57,733 nucleotides of DNA, taken from assembly GCA_042217545.1 (NCBI GenBank), contig JBDGSM010000017.1, positions 4,755 through 62,487 on the forward strand, written 5' to 3'. The translations under genes were made by a program, and so were the position numbers. Position 1 is the stretch's first letter. Each line of letters opens with the position of its first letter. Source of the DNA: Candidatus Nanohalobium sp. Lineage in GTDB: Archaea; Nanohalarchaeota; Nanosalinia; Nanosalinales; Nanosalinaceae. The notes below the pieces were generated by a model. It did not search any database, was not told where the DNA came from, and worked only from the letters and a program-made list of their open reading frames with translations. Positions 26,801 to 39,800 of this stretch are shown one piece after another.

Positions 26801-27728
26801 CGGTCAGGTTCTCTGCTATGTCCTTAAACGTGCTGTTGCCGGTCATGCTGTAGGCAGACCAGTAACCCAGAGCCATAGAGGCCTGAGCCCTGCTGTTCTC
26901 ACACCTGAAAGTGTCATTCCATACATCACACGTGTTGGCAGATCCTCCAGTATAATTAACGGCGAGCTCTCTAACAGTTTCGTTGCCTGCCAGCCTGTAG
27001 GCCTCCCACATGGCGTATATCATCGTTCCCTGTCTCGTCCCGGCGTTAGCGTCCTCCTCTACCGATCCTCCGTACTGCTCACAGTTGAAGTCCTTATCAG
27101 GATCACACGTGGCTGTAGCACCTCCGTAAGATCCCAGAGTGAAGTTGTAGAATCTTTCCCTGTTCTCCTTGGTGCGGTTAAGACTGTAGCGAGCTGCAGA
27201 GGAGAGGATCATGTATGCCTGAAACTGTTCGTATTCACATGTGAAGTCGTTGGACTTAAACTGGCAGTAAGTACCTCCAGCACTCTCAGTATCTGAAGAG
27301 TTCATAAACTTCCGCTTCAAAGTTTTATTAAGCGATGAAATGCCTAAAGCACGGTAACTATCCGGAAACTTCTCCTGACCGGAGAGAAACCGGTAACGAT
27401 ATCTATCCCTGCTATCAAACAGTTTTCCAGGCACCTGAACCCTGTAACTCCCGTTAGAATAAGTCATAGAGAACTTACTTGTCCGCTCCATCGGCGGAGC
27501 GATTTCAAGACTGACGTTCTGATCCTGCTGGCCCTGTACCGAAAAGTTTACCGGTTCGCCGGTTGAAGCATAGAGACTCGAGTTCTGCATCTTAAGGCCT
27601 GCAGCAGTACAGGTGAGACCTATCACGAGAAACGCTGCTAGAGCCGCTTTACCTCCTGTTGTGATCTCGGATTCAGGCCTCATATTATATACATGATTTT
27701 TTTGTGAATCGCTCTTACTTATAATCAT
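23817..27728 (-). CDS. Large type I membrane surface protein with an internally duplicated beta-domain plus Cys-bracketed alpha-hairpin repeat region
   Basis: 1,303 aa. It has an N-terminal signal/anchor (KAALAAFLVIGLTCTAAG) and a C-terminal TM helix (VAVTVFVAAVFAGLIILLF, around nt 24170-24240) followed by a roughly 115-aa acidic cytoplasmic tail. Very many N-x-S/T sequons. Confidence 0.8.
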   Translation of the reverse strand: MIISKSDSQKNHVYNMRPESEITTGGKAALAAFLVIGLTCTAAGLKMQNSSLYASTGEPVNFSVQGQQDQNVSLEIAPPMERTSKFSMTYSNGSYRVQVPGKLFDSRDRYRYRFLSGQEKFPDSYRALGISSLNKTLKRKFMNSSDTESAGGTYCQFKSNDFTCEYEQFQAYMILSSAARYSLNRTKENRERFYNFTLGSYGGATATCDPDKDFNCEQYGGSVEEDANAGTRQGTMIYAMWEAYRLAGNETVRELAVNYTGGSANTCDVWNDTFRCENSRAQASMALGYWSAYSMTGNSTFKDIAENLTETNYTGPRTISAYLRGYLYTSNSSYPDAAENRTKKWLDRCTNCSTRRFADLKNALWRGYLYTGDYGYYRNAVNLTSSRVADICSWNQTACKYPNIQGMNSLNYWRAYRLQKDLRPGFYSPRIPDKTVLGRNMSVNVKMQGPLQEPRVQYRRKNASTWRECKLSFFENCTIPGKNLTRQAPYEYRYKSRNTIFPANGTFRFAPSLIKQNFIDEATAFSTNNPNTGCQPRSGDYSCENFALQASMIQGVASLLGFNFSQLNSFILKNLVSRPYVTSIAYTPLCTVKDGYMSCSEGANGADEVVEGSTKQGKMISSLFSAYRETGKNSYYQKALNYTRGSAQDCDVWNQTYDYSFRCNSSLGQASMIKGYLEAYTVTGNRTYREKALNLTEKALSMNGSAELGSALWKSSSMFNESFRNLSVTGNASNISSNYTGYCVGNCTPDQHTEVLSLFQSAYLNSNSDYSSPYRDSLLNTTAKGYCGPFKKDTACDSPLVQGNFMDLFWKASYTMPVKLKVNDTFSVSKSSLKVGDTFKATCSVGNELNNTVIKDLSMNISLSKGLSLESNQSYYSIGDLDYGNSSTESWDLKAVSAGSRNASCITSSNSAYRDALVRSIEVKAKKKKQNSTGGSGASSSGSFFNPPGGEPEKEPENITIEYNNTSSMEWNRSFLNSIGVNTSLRKFYGADSCVNATRKLYQGSSELVVDQACSADSLLVIDRNDQSISVQNARTSNNYTVKEERGTRNVSSITVDYSERGNASSYSEPLVLAVNRTEPPIRFREVAVFTVNDSRVHINATLNRKAPCMIRRDGELLKNFSTSWISYSEQLRYGNTSYRVKCGNRTVKRTFTLQRPEDRNNERSQVSGVAVTVFVAAVFAGLIILLFHFRHWIRDELEMKLFEHRFSRFQDAVDRGDTASAIKAFQSMSRDVSEQLIESDMDLMEGLLLYLLLDLVEEGKEDDVEFDVSDDLDELVNRYLDGSDGKAARLVEEKYIEVMEEK

Positions 27729-27832
27729 GTACGGCCCGATCTCTCGGAGCAGGGACTCTTAATCGATTGTTTTAAATACGAGCGCCAGTTCATGTTCTTT
27801 AGAGGCGAGGGATTCTTCTTATCAGCAGAAAA
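27729..27832. promoter_or_regulatory. Divergent promoter region between the 1,303-aa and 8,305-aa surface-protein genes
   Basis: 104-nt spacer with a near-palindromic A/T box GTTTTAAATAC (about 27768-27778) usable in both directions. Confidence 0.4.
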
Positions 27833-30800
27833 ATGGGATTAAAGTCCTCGGGAAAAAGAGCGGTAGCAATACTGTTAGTGATTCTCTTAATCGGTACGGT
27901 CGCCGGTCACTCGCTGAAGATTCTTGACACGTCTAACTCTTTCAGGACTTCACAGGGGAAAAGTAACTGGACTGTCAGCTTCAACTCCTCGCAGACAGGA
28001 AAACTGAAAATTGAGATACTTCAGGGCTCCTCGAAGATAGATTTCGATAAACTTCAGTACAAACTCTCAGGCAAATGGAATGACCGGTCATACAACGTAA
28101 GCGGGAACACACTCACCACCAACTGGGATGGCAATCACCCCGAAGGCAGGATTGCCTTCTCAGTCCAGAAATACGGGCGGTACAGGGCAAACATCTCGAT
28201 AGGCGGGAGAGAAGTCTCTGTTGGAAACCCTAGTAAAGCAGAGCAACAGAACTTCGGTTTCGACGTCAGCGATCCTACAAACTCCTTTAATCTCTGCGCT
28301 CTAACCAATAACTTCTGGAAATGCAATCCCGGACCCGAAGAACCCGGAGCATCAGGGAAAGTAGTCAACTTAAACCCTGAAGTCCAGAAAAAGTTCAAAG
28401 TACCCCGAAACTCGAAAATCAACCACTTCTCAATCAAACTCAGCACAGTCGAAGGAAGGCCTGTCCTGAACCTCACCGGACAAGGCACCCTCTTCACAGA
28501 TATCGCCTCGAATAACCTGAAGGAGATCCTCACATACCAGGGACAGAACATAAATGCGTACAACTCATCAGGCAACAAGATCTGGACATACAATGCGAAC
28601 AACACAATTAATAACATCAAAAGTGGGAACGAGATTATCCAGGGCAACAAGAAAGAAGTTCTCGCCGCCACAAAAAACTCAACCCTCATGATAGACCACC
28701 AGGGCAACCTAACCTGGGCTGACAGAGGAAACGAATACTACCACATCGCAGCAGGAGAGCTTTCCTCCGAAAGAAAAACTTACAGGAACGATGACGGAAA
28801 GGCAGAAGGCCTGGCATGCATAGGATGTACGAACGAAACAGTAATCCAGCTCCCGTACAACATAACAACAGGAAACGGCACTTACTACATAAAAACAGCT
28901 TTAAACAAGTACAAGAACTCTGGAGATCTGAAACTGAAGGCAAACGGAACCACATACGATATAGACGAATCCCGAATTGAAGAAAAAGCAGTAAGAGAGT
29001 TCAAGAACGATTCAGGAAAAATAGAGGACATGGCAGAGATCGGACCAGGCAATATAACCTTCCAGGCCTTCAAACCCAATCTGAAGGCGAAGGATTTCTA
29101 CCTGAAACTTCCTCTTGCAAGGGCCTCTTCAACTACCTCAGACCTGAAGCTTGAGATCAGTGGAAGCAAGTACAGCATTCCTTCAGGAGAAGTGAGCAGC
29201 GTGGTCGACCCCAACTTCACTTATTCGACACAGAGCAGTGCAGAGGCCCTGAGAAATATAGGGAACGGCGAGGCAGTTTACAAAACAGGTTTTGATCCGG
29301 GCTCCAACACCTCCATCTATGTTGGAGGACGGTTCAATAGTATAGGAAGCAATGCAGACATCAAGGTCAAGCTCAACGGGACCAGCTACACTATCGATGG
29401 AAGCGACATCTCTGTCAACAACATCAAAGAGTTCAAAGCTGACGACGGAAAAGCAGACGGATCTTCAAGGCTGAAGGCCTCAACTAACTCTACCTTCAAC
29501 CTGCATTACTCGATGCCATCAGATATCAACTCAGAGAAAGTATACGTGAAAGCTGGATTCACGTACAGCGGCGACAAGAGCGGCAACCCATTCGTGAAAG
29601 CAGGCGGCTCAAAGTACTACTTCCCTAAATCACAGATTACCGAAACCAGCGACGTAACGAGATACGTCAATGATAATCAGCGAGACAATTACAGCTGTAT
29701 CGGCTGTAACTCCAGTAATCAACGGGCGCCTGTCTTCGATCTCTCTGCACTGAACGTCTCGACCTTGAAAGCCGAGAACGCCAGGATCAGCGCCCGGATG
29801 TGTAGCGTAGGTAACAGAGTAGACGATCTGAAGCTAAGCGGAGTCGGACTAGGATCCAATGTCTACAATGTCAACGTTTCCAAGATCCATGCCTGTAGCA
29901 AGGGATTCCAGGACGTCAAGATACCTGTTCAGCCAGGAGACCTGGCCGAGGACAACTTTATCTTCAGATGCAGCAACTGTAACAAGACCAGCTACTACAG
30001 GCTGGCATCAGATAACTCGACAGGAGGAAAATACAGCCAGTACCTTGTAGGAGGCGCACCTACAGGAATCTCCAGCGACTACATGATAAACGTCACTACA
30101 GATACCTCGCTCAACTACAGCTGGGCCGAGGCAGCCGTACCGGACACCGCAGTAAACCAGGGCGACAACGTAACGATAGGATGCGACGGCTGCTCCGGTT
30201 CAAGCAGTTACAGGCTGATGACCGATGGAAGCAACTCAGGAAACTCCTACTACTTCAACAACTCGCTCAAAAAAATATCCAGCGACTACATGACAAGAAT
30301 CTGGACCAACACATCCCTCAACTACGACACAGCATACACCAGAGTCAACAGCAGCGACATAGGACCAAATACAAACATTTCATTCAGTTCAACAGGAAAC
30401 TACAACATCCTGGTCGACAAAAACAACTCAGGAAACTCCTACTACGCAGGAAACCCTCTTAACGGAGAGTACAAAACAAGAATAGAGGAAAGGCCTGTAA
30501 ACTACAGTTACACAAAGATAAAAATCAACGAATCCGAACTCAACGCAGACAACGCCACCTTATCCTGCCAGAACTGCGGCAGCTCCTACTATATCGGCCT
30601 CGAGCCATCCTCAGGCCTCAAAATATCAGGAACAGCAGACTTCATAGGGAAAAAGGACTTCGGCGCCGATGCCAGAGTATGGACCAACACAAGCCTGGAA
30701 TACGATACTATAAGGACGCCTGTAAACTGGAAAGATCTTGGAAAAGATGTAAACGTTTCCTACTTCTGCCAGGGATGCAGCGGCAAGGCCTTCAACGTCC

Positions 30801-33800
30801 TAATCGACAATAATTCAAACTCTTCCTCCTGGAAGTACAGCAACGGATACAGAGGCCTTAATGGAGGCCTTATGTCGAGCGTGGAGTTCTACGGCTCGAA
30901 TCCTGGAGATGAGATCGTGGGTTCAAGGCTCTTCCCTTCAGCTATAGTTGCAATGGATAGCTCGGGGAACCAGCTCTGGAACTACAGTACAAGTGAGATG
31001 ACTTACTCCGTGAATATAGGCCCGGTAGTTCCAAACAGTATCGGTAACGAGGTCGTGATCGCGACCAAGAAGAAGATCAGGATCCTGGACTCCTCAGGCA
31101 ACGTCCTGAAGACATATCCCTCGGGAAGCTCCAAATGGTTCCGTGCCACCACACTTGAGGACCTGAACTCGGACTCAAAGGACGAGATAGTTACAGGCAC
31201 GGACTCCGGCCACGTGATTGCCCTGGACCAGAATTTGAGCGTGATCTGGAACCAGGGCGTGGGAAGCAAGGTGAATGGCCTTACATCAGGAAACCTTTCG
31301 AAAAGCCCAGGACCGGAGATCCTTGCAGGCCTCCAGGACAGCTCACTCGTACTTTTCAATTCCTCAGGCCAGCAGATACAGAGCTACTCAAGGCCTGAAG
31401 CAGTAACGAATCTCGAAAGTGGCAACGTGCTTACACGTCCAGGACAGGAGATCGGGGTATCCACCTCTCAGAGCCGGCTTTTCAACTTCTACAATCTTCC
31501 GGAGGACCTCTACCTCAGTTCCGGAGGCAACCAGCTCTGGAACGGCTCAGGCCTTTTCACCGGCACAAAAACAGTCTCGAACTCCTCTATAGTACAGGGG
31601 ATGAACAACCAGCTCTCAGGCTGCGGGACAAAGAGTTGCAACCTCTCCTTCACCCTGGGATCAAGTACAGGAGGAAAAGTCCTTCTCTCAGATCCAGAAC
31701 TCGACTTCACGTACAACCTGTCGGACACCTACGACTATACGACAAACGTGACCAAATGGGCAAAGACATCAGGATTCAGCTCAGACAAGAAACTGATGTA
31801 CAAGGCCTCCCGAATCAAATACACACAGACACCCGCAATACCCATCAGGGTAAACAGAATCTTCCTGCCAGGAGGAGTCGGAACAACAAAAGTCGTCTTC
31901 AACAACAACTCATTCCAGAACAACGCATACTCCCTGGACCTGCCGAGAAGCCTCAGATACTGGAGATTCAACTTCCTGGGAACAAGACCTACCGACTACA
32001 TCTGGTACAACTCCTCGAAAAAGGCCTCACCGATCTCAGTAACCAAAGGCAACCTGACAGGTAGTTCACCAGCTTCAAGGAACGTCACGGTCGCCAGAGC
32101 AACGGAGAAGACCGACGTTACCTTCAGGAACGTCACCGTGAATATACCAGTAAACACTTCAGAAGTAGTAAAAGACGCATTCCTGAAAGCCGACTGGAAC
32201 GGAGACGGAAACTACGTAAACATTACCCCTTCAGAGACAGGATGCAGCAGCTTCAGAAACGTTACAGGAGATACAAGAACCTGGAAAGTCTGCAAAACAG
32301 TGAACGGGAACGGAAAAGTGGACGAATTCCGGATCGTTCAGCCAGAGATCGGAAACAGCTCCAGCACACACAATGAAACAGTTTACAAACTCGCCGGCAT
32401 AACAAACATCGCTCCAACCCTGAACAGGCTGGACGTCTCACCTTCCTCCACCTACTGGGGACAGGACTTCAACTTCACCTCCGACTTCAGCGACGCCGAG
32501 GGTAACAGCCTGAACGCCTCGCTCTGGCTGAAAAAGGATTCAAACTGGACGAAAAAAGCCTCATCTCAGTTCACCGGCTCCCATAATTTCACCCTGACAT
32601 CGGACAGGAACTGGACAGGAGCCGTCGACTACAAGGTAAGCTACTACGACGTCAAGAACGGATCACGGCTTCACGACGCCGTGAACTCCAGCACCGAGTC
32701 GTTCGTGGTCGAGGCCCACGACACGAACGTCAGCTACAGGTACGGCGCAGGCCTCGAGCTTGACAGGACAGGAGAGACAGGCAAACTCGGTGGCGTGGTA
32801 TACGACGAGGATGACGGAGGCAAGCTGAACTCGTACACCAGTGATCTCTACTGCTTCCTCTACATGAACGGTACGGCACAGTCCGTCACAAAGATCAATG
32901 GAACAGGATACTGCAGCTTCAGCCTGGCAGACCTGAAGAGAGACTTAGGCCTCTACAACTGGCATATACAGACCTACAGCAGCAAAGGATACTTCAAGAA
33001 AAGCAACAGCGCAACAAAGAACCTGACCCTTCTCGGCAACTTCACTGTAGACACCAACTTCTCAAAGAGGACTGCTTTCAGAGGTAACGGAACAGTAAAG
33101 TACAGTTACGAAAACATCCAGGACGCACTCGGGAACTCTGTCTCACCGACTTACAACGTGACCTGGGGCTCTGCAAATAACCTGACAGTAGAAGGCACAC
33201 AGCAACTCTCCGGCTCCTCAGTCTCAGGAACATTCACAGGCATCACAGACACAACTCCATTAGGCCTGACACCGATGAAACTAAACCCGAGACAGGAAAA
33301 CTTCAACAACGAGTCCTTCGTGAAGCAGGTAAGAGTGCTGGGCCTTATCACCCCGAACCTCTACCCAAGCAAAAACACGGTATTCCCGAAGAACGACCTG
33401 GTCAACCTCACAGCAAGACTGAGAGACAGGCAAAGCAACCAGATAACACAGGCCTCAGTGGACTTCAACACGCCACCAGGTTTCTGTACAGCGACCTACC
33501 AGAACAGAAATGTCTACAAATGCCAGTACAACCCTGACAACTCCCTCGCAGCAGGAACCTACAACTGGAGCATCGACGCCACAAGACAGAACTACAGATT
33601 GAACGATACGAAAAGCCAGATCAACGTCGGAACCGGTATCAGAGCAGACTCAAACGTCACAACCGGAACCGTTTACAGATATTCAAAGGCCTCAGGCAGC
33701 AACACAGTCTACTACAACGTCACAGACATCAGAGACGACACAGGACAGCTTGACAACGTCTCATGGAAAGCCCTGTGGGAAGGAAGCATAATACAGAGCG

Positions 33801-36800
33801 GAAAAACCAACTCAACCGGATTCAACTTCTCCTACACAGTACCAGAGAACCAAAACCCAGGTTCCAAAACTGCAAAACTAAAACTGGAGAAAACCGGGTA
33901 CAGAAAATACACCGACACCTCCACAGTTGACGTAGACGGAAGCATCAACGCATCCCTGGAGACAAGGCCTAACGAAAACCTCACAGCAACCCTGCGCGAC
34001 ATGAAGGACAACCCCATCTCGGGATCCTCAGTAACTTTCCACACGCCTCCCGGACAGTGCCTTAAGAAGTACAGCATCGGCAACAAGTACTACTGCGAGT
34101 ACAACGCAGATCAAGGCCTCTCAAAAGGCCAGTACAGATGGAATATCTCAGTAAACGATCCTGACTACAGCTACCAGCAGAACAAATCAGCCAATATATC
34201 CATCCAATCACAGATATCCGCAAACCTGACGCTTCAATCAGGGCCTTACTACAGGGCGAACAGCTCCACAAGCAATCCTACAAATCCTTCGCTGCAGATA
34301 GCTAACTCAAATCCAAGCTCCGTTAACTACACCATCTCTCTCGGAGGGAAGACTGTCGCATCAGGCCAGGTCAGTGGAGGCAGCAAATACCTAACATTTA
34401 ACGTACCTGACACTGCCTCACTGGGCACTCAGACAGTTACGATCAACCTGAAGAAGAATGGTTACGAGGACCTGACGAAGACATTTGGAAGGGAGATCCG
34501 GGGAACTCTGACAGCAGATCTCTACCAGGCGGAAGACGTCTTCAGGAACAACTCGGTCACGAGAAACAACTACAATCTGACAACCAACCTGAAGGCAAAC
34601 ATCACCAACGCCCTTGGACAACAGGTAGGAGGCCTCTCCACCAGCTTCAACATCCCCGGAGGAGAATGCATCACCTCATACAGCAACAGTTACAACTATT
34701 CATGCACCTATGATCCAAACATCCTGGCCAGCGTCGGCAACCAGACCTGGAGTGTCACCGCCTCCGCAGCAGGATACGAACCAGTTACTTCCAACCAGGG
34801 AAGCTTCTACCTGAAAAACGTTATCAGGCCTGACTTCCTATCCTCAGGAGAAGGATACAGAAGGGACAGAACCAAGAGCCTGAAAGTCCAGGCCCTCAAC
34901 CCTTCAGACAACTCAGTAGATGCATCATACACCTCATCATATTACATAGGACCGGACTACCTCGGCGGCAACTCGGGAACAGGCACGGTCTCATTCTCAT
35001 GGAGCCCTTCATGCACCAGAAGCGTCGGAGGATACACGATCGATGCAAATATCACAAGCAACGATCCCCGGTACGAAGTCTACCAGGGACAGGACTCAGG
35101 AAACATAAGCGTAAGAGCAGACCTGAACCTCAATATCTCCAGCCCTCTCAACAGCTCAGTTTCAGGAAAGAACTACCAGCAGGGCAGCAACGTCAACCTG
35201 GCAACAGACCTGGCCACACAGTGCGGAGACCCCGTCAACATGTCAGGCACAGACATAATCTGGAAGGCCTCAGACAGAGACACAACGAAGATCATCAGCT
35301 CAGGTAAAACAGCTTCATGGAACATACCAGAAAGCTTCACTGGAGAGACAAACATCACCGCATACGGAGACAACTACTACTACGTAGGCGGATCGGACAC
35401 CAACAAGATCCTGATAGAACGAGTACTCAACATAAACACCACAGGAGGATTCACAGACAAACTCAGGACATTCGGAGGAAGCTACGACTATCCATTCTCC
35501 GCAGAAATAATAACCGGAGACGGAAAAAAGGCCTACAACTCCTCACTCAACGAAAACTGGAACAAATTCAACATCAGCTTCTACGTAGACGGCAACAAAG
35601 TCAAAGAACTACGCACGGACAGCCAGGGAAGCGTCAACACCACGATCAACCTTGGATCACAATACAACCCCGGAACCCACACACTGAAGGCCTACCTAGA
35701 AAACACGACGGCCATAAACACCACGATACTCAACGACAAGTACACCAAGGACATCAAACTAACAGACCAGGCCTCAGTCGACATGAGCAGACCCAAGAGC
35801 GGGCAAAAATCCTACGGCCAGGAAGTAAACCTTATCTCCTCTATCAACACCGCTACAGGAAACGAGAACGCTCTCAACATAGACTACAACTGGATATTCA
35901 AGGACAACGACACCCAGAGATACATCAGCTCCTCAAAGGTCAGCTCATGGATAATACCATCATATGCCTACGGACCAGGAAACATCTCAGTAGTAGCGCA
36001 GAACGACTACCTGACAACAGCCACGAACACTACAGACGTCACAGTAAATAGGAAGACAAACATCGAAAAATACGACCCCTACAAGTACGTAGAGCCGGAT
36101 ACGGTCAACAAACTAAACGCCACGATAGATATTCCAGGCCTTCAGAACAAATCAGGCTACAAAGTAACCTTCTGGACAGGCAGCTACAGCAACCAGCACA
36201 CCGTAAAAACAGGGCCCAACGGAACAGCAACCTACAAATGGAACACCTCAGGCCTATCAAAAGGAGCTTACAACACAGGAGTCTTCATAAAAGACGCCCC
36301 ACCCTCATACTTCAAAGCAGTAGACCCTAAATCAGTGAACAGGACGCTTGTAATCCCTGACAAGTTGAACATCTCAGCCTACTACAGAGACAACAACGAG
36401 GAGAACGCCAACGGCAACAACTTCCCTAACCTCCCCGACAAAGTTGTCTACAGGAACCCAGGTCCCTGGAAGAACCCGGACAAGATCTTCCTGGCTGCCA
36501 ACGTCACCACTCCTTTCGCCAACTCAGGCGACAAGTACGATGTAGAAAACGCAACAGTAGACTTCTGGATAAATGGAACAAGCGACAACGGCCAGCAGAT
36601 AACCGAAAAAATCGGCCAGGACAACGTAAACCTGACAGCGTTCCAGCAAGGCCTCAATGACAACAAAGACCAGTGGTGGGACGAATACACCGCACACACC
36701 AGCTGGAACCCGAGAGGAAACTTGCCCGTCGGCGCCTACAACCTGAAGATCAACGCAACGCATCCAGTACCAGGCTTCAACCCCGATCCGATAAGAAGGC

Positions 36801-39800
36801 CTCTCGAGATCAGAGGAGTCCTCAATATCACAATAACTGATCCTCCAGCCTGGGAGGACACCTACCAGATGGACAACCTTACGTTCTCCGCACAGGTGGA
36901 GGACATGAACGGGAACGACATCCCGGTTAGTTCTCTTGACCAGGCAATCTGGACACTCCAGGAGGACGGATGCGCTAACAGCGGCGATGCCGGAGCTTCG
37001 GGCTGGAGTGCAGGGACCTTTGACTGGAGCAGCGCAATAGCTCACGGACCGAAGACAGGCTCCCTGAGTTCCTGGATCGTCATGGGCAACACAGGATACT
37101 ACAATATCGGTGGAGGGGAGCTTGTATGGTTGAACGCCGAGAAACAGTACTTCAACGTGACAAGAAACGAGTACAGAAGAGGTTTCACAGATTGCTCCGC
37201 AGTACACCACCAGGAAGATGGACCTAAGGGCCAGATCAACAGCCAGTTCGAGGGAGACAGAGAGGACAGAGTCGGCATCCAGCACGACATGAGAGCGAGG
37301 ACAGAGTCAGTCGTAAGCGAGCCATCACAGACCGAGGTCGCAACAAACAACAGGGATATGCTGAACATCACCGCCAGGTACTACGAGTTCAACACGACCC
37401 AGGGCCTCCCCAACGACTTCGAGGGGACGTACCACGCTACCTGTAAGGAATGCACGCAGTCAAAGAACAAGAATCTAAGCCAGAGCGCCTACTCCTACAG
37501 AGATCAGGATGTCGCACAGTTCAGGTTCAACTTCTCAAACGAGAAATACAGGAAGAACTACACCTTCACGATCTGGGCAACATCCAGCGATTCAGACTTC
37601 GGAGCGGTCGATCCTTACGCAACAGATAGCAGAGAATACAGAGTATACAAAAGCCTGGGAAGCGGGACGGGAAGTGTAAACATCAACGGGAAATGTGAGA
37701 ACGGGGAGACCGCGGTCTCGGCTCCACCAGACTGTGGATTCGACAACCTGCCAGAGCATTACTGGCTGAACCAGACCGCAGACCCAGGTATAAACGCTTC
37801 AGACAAGAACCCTGCCAGCAACGATACCCAGTACAACGAGTTCAGGAACACCAGCAGCCCAGCATATGAAAACAACAAGGCCTGGTACGCAGCCCACAGC
37901 CACTACAGTAGCGAGTACGCAGGAGGATGTGACTTCGACGGGAAGGAGGACGACAAGTATGAGGAACCTGACGTATGTCCGGACTACTTCTCATCCGACA
38001 ACAAGCCGCAGATCAAGTCAACCCAGGTCAACCCACCTTACGTTAAATCAGGGAACCAGGCAAATGTCACGGCAAAGGTCAGAGATATCGATGGAGACCT
38101 GCAGAGCGTAGACCTGATAGACAAATCCACGAATTCCAAGGTAACATCCATGAGCACAACCTCGGGCTCATGTACCACCTACTGCACATTCACCACAACC
38201 ATCACCGTGTCAAGCGTCAAGACATACTATGTGAAGGCCCAGGACTCGGCGAACAACACTGCGACAGGCAACAACGTGGACGCAAGAACCGACGACAACC
38301 CGGTCAACATAACAAACGTGACAGTACTCGGCCAGGACCCCAGGAAGAAAAATGCAAACCTCGACGTAGATATGAACGTTTCAAACGTCGATATACCAGG
38401 AGGCGCCACACCGGACTCGATAAAAGAAGCAAATATAGAAGGAAAAACGCCTTACGTCCTGAAACACGGTTCAAACTGGGCGGTACTGGAACAGACCATC
38501 ACGGCAGATCCAAACGATGAAACTGTCAACGTAAACGTCACAGAGTACCCCGGATACCAGGACTCAGCAACAGCCACATACAACGTCGACAATACCATCC
38601 CAAACGTCACGAACGAACAGGTCACTCCAAGCCTGGTGAAGAACGGCGACAAAGTCAACTTCACAGCAACCATAACAGACAACGCCCTCGACAGAGAATA
38701 CATCAAAAGAACAGACAACGGAAACAAGGTCTGCACAAACAGCAGTTTCACCAATACAGGAGGAGACACCTACAAATGCAGTATCAACGCGCCTTACAAG
38801 ACAGGAAGCTTCACATACCGATTCTACGCAATGGACAAAGCCGACAACACAAACGACAGCGAAACAGTTACACTCTCAGTCGACAGCCATCCTCCAGAGA
38901 TCACAGGCCTCTCCAGCGACAAATACATCAGGCCTAACCAGACAGTCACGATCTCGGCGAACGTCAACGATGTGGAAGGCCATCTTGACTCTGCAATGCT
39001 GGTCACGATGAACCAGTTCTACAACGACAGCATGAATGTCGTATGTGACGACCAGGAGTTCCAGGGAAGCTGCCAAGTGTCGCCGAACAAGTCAACGGAC
39101 TACATGATCTACGCCAACGACACGCTCGGCAACGAAAACCTGAACTTCTCACAGGACTACGTAGAAGTCAAGGTAGACGAGTTCAAACCTAACGTAGAAC
39201 TTCAAAACCAGGAAACCAACTTCTCCGGCACAGTAAACATCAAGGCAAGAGTGAACGACACACCGCCAGAAGTAGCAAACGGAGGATTCGAACAAGGAAA
39301 CACAGGACAGTGGAAATTCACACAGAGTAGCACAAACATCACGAACGGAACAGGCTACTGTACTGACGACAACGGAGACGGAACAAGCTACTGCGCATTC
39401 TTTGACGGAAGCGTATATCCAAAAACGACAGCACAGAACAACATAACAGGACAAAAGGCCGACAGAATTGCAGGAAAAAGCGTAGAATTCTCAGGAAGCC
39501 TCTGGGGAGAAAGAAACAACTTTGGACTAGAAACGGACTCCAGCAAGGCCTCATACAAAGAATACGGTGGAGAAGACGATGCAAGGTTCCACATCAAGGC
39601 CTGGGATGGATCGAACAACCTGATCAAAGACAAGAAAGGGGTATGGGCCTCACACTACACATCAAACCGCACCTCAGGGGAAATGACAAACGTATCAAAC
39701 GGTTTCAAAGTACCTTCCTCAGCTAAGACAATCTCCGTGCAGCTGGACGGAGGAGACCTGCAAGGCAGCGCGGCAAACGCCTACGACTCCTTCTTCGACA

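Noticed and set aside
35317-36051. Long alternative-frame and antisense ORFs inside the giant gene (for example 35317-36051, 40816-41553 and 48889-49716 on the plus strand; 36524-37285, 44176-44706 and 49751-50506 on the minus strand)
   Set aside because: All are nested in the continuous 24.9-kb frame, which has coherent domain grammar. Their translations are low-complexity R/H/Q/S-rich strings with no motifs. They are typical by-products of a long ORF with skewed composition.
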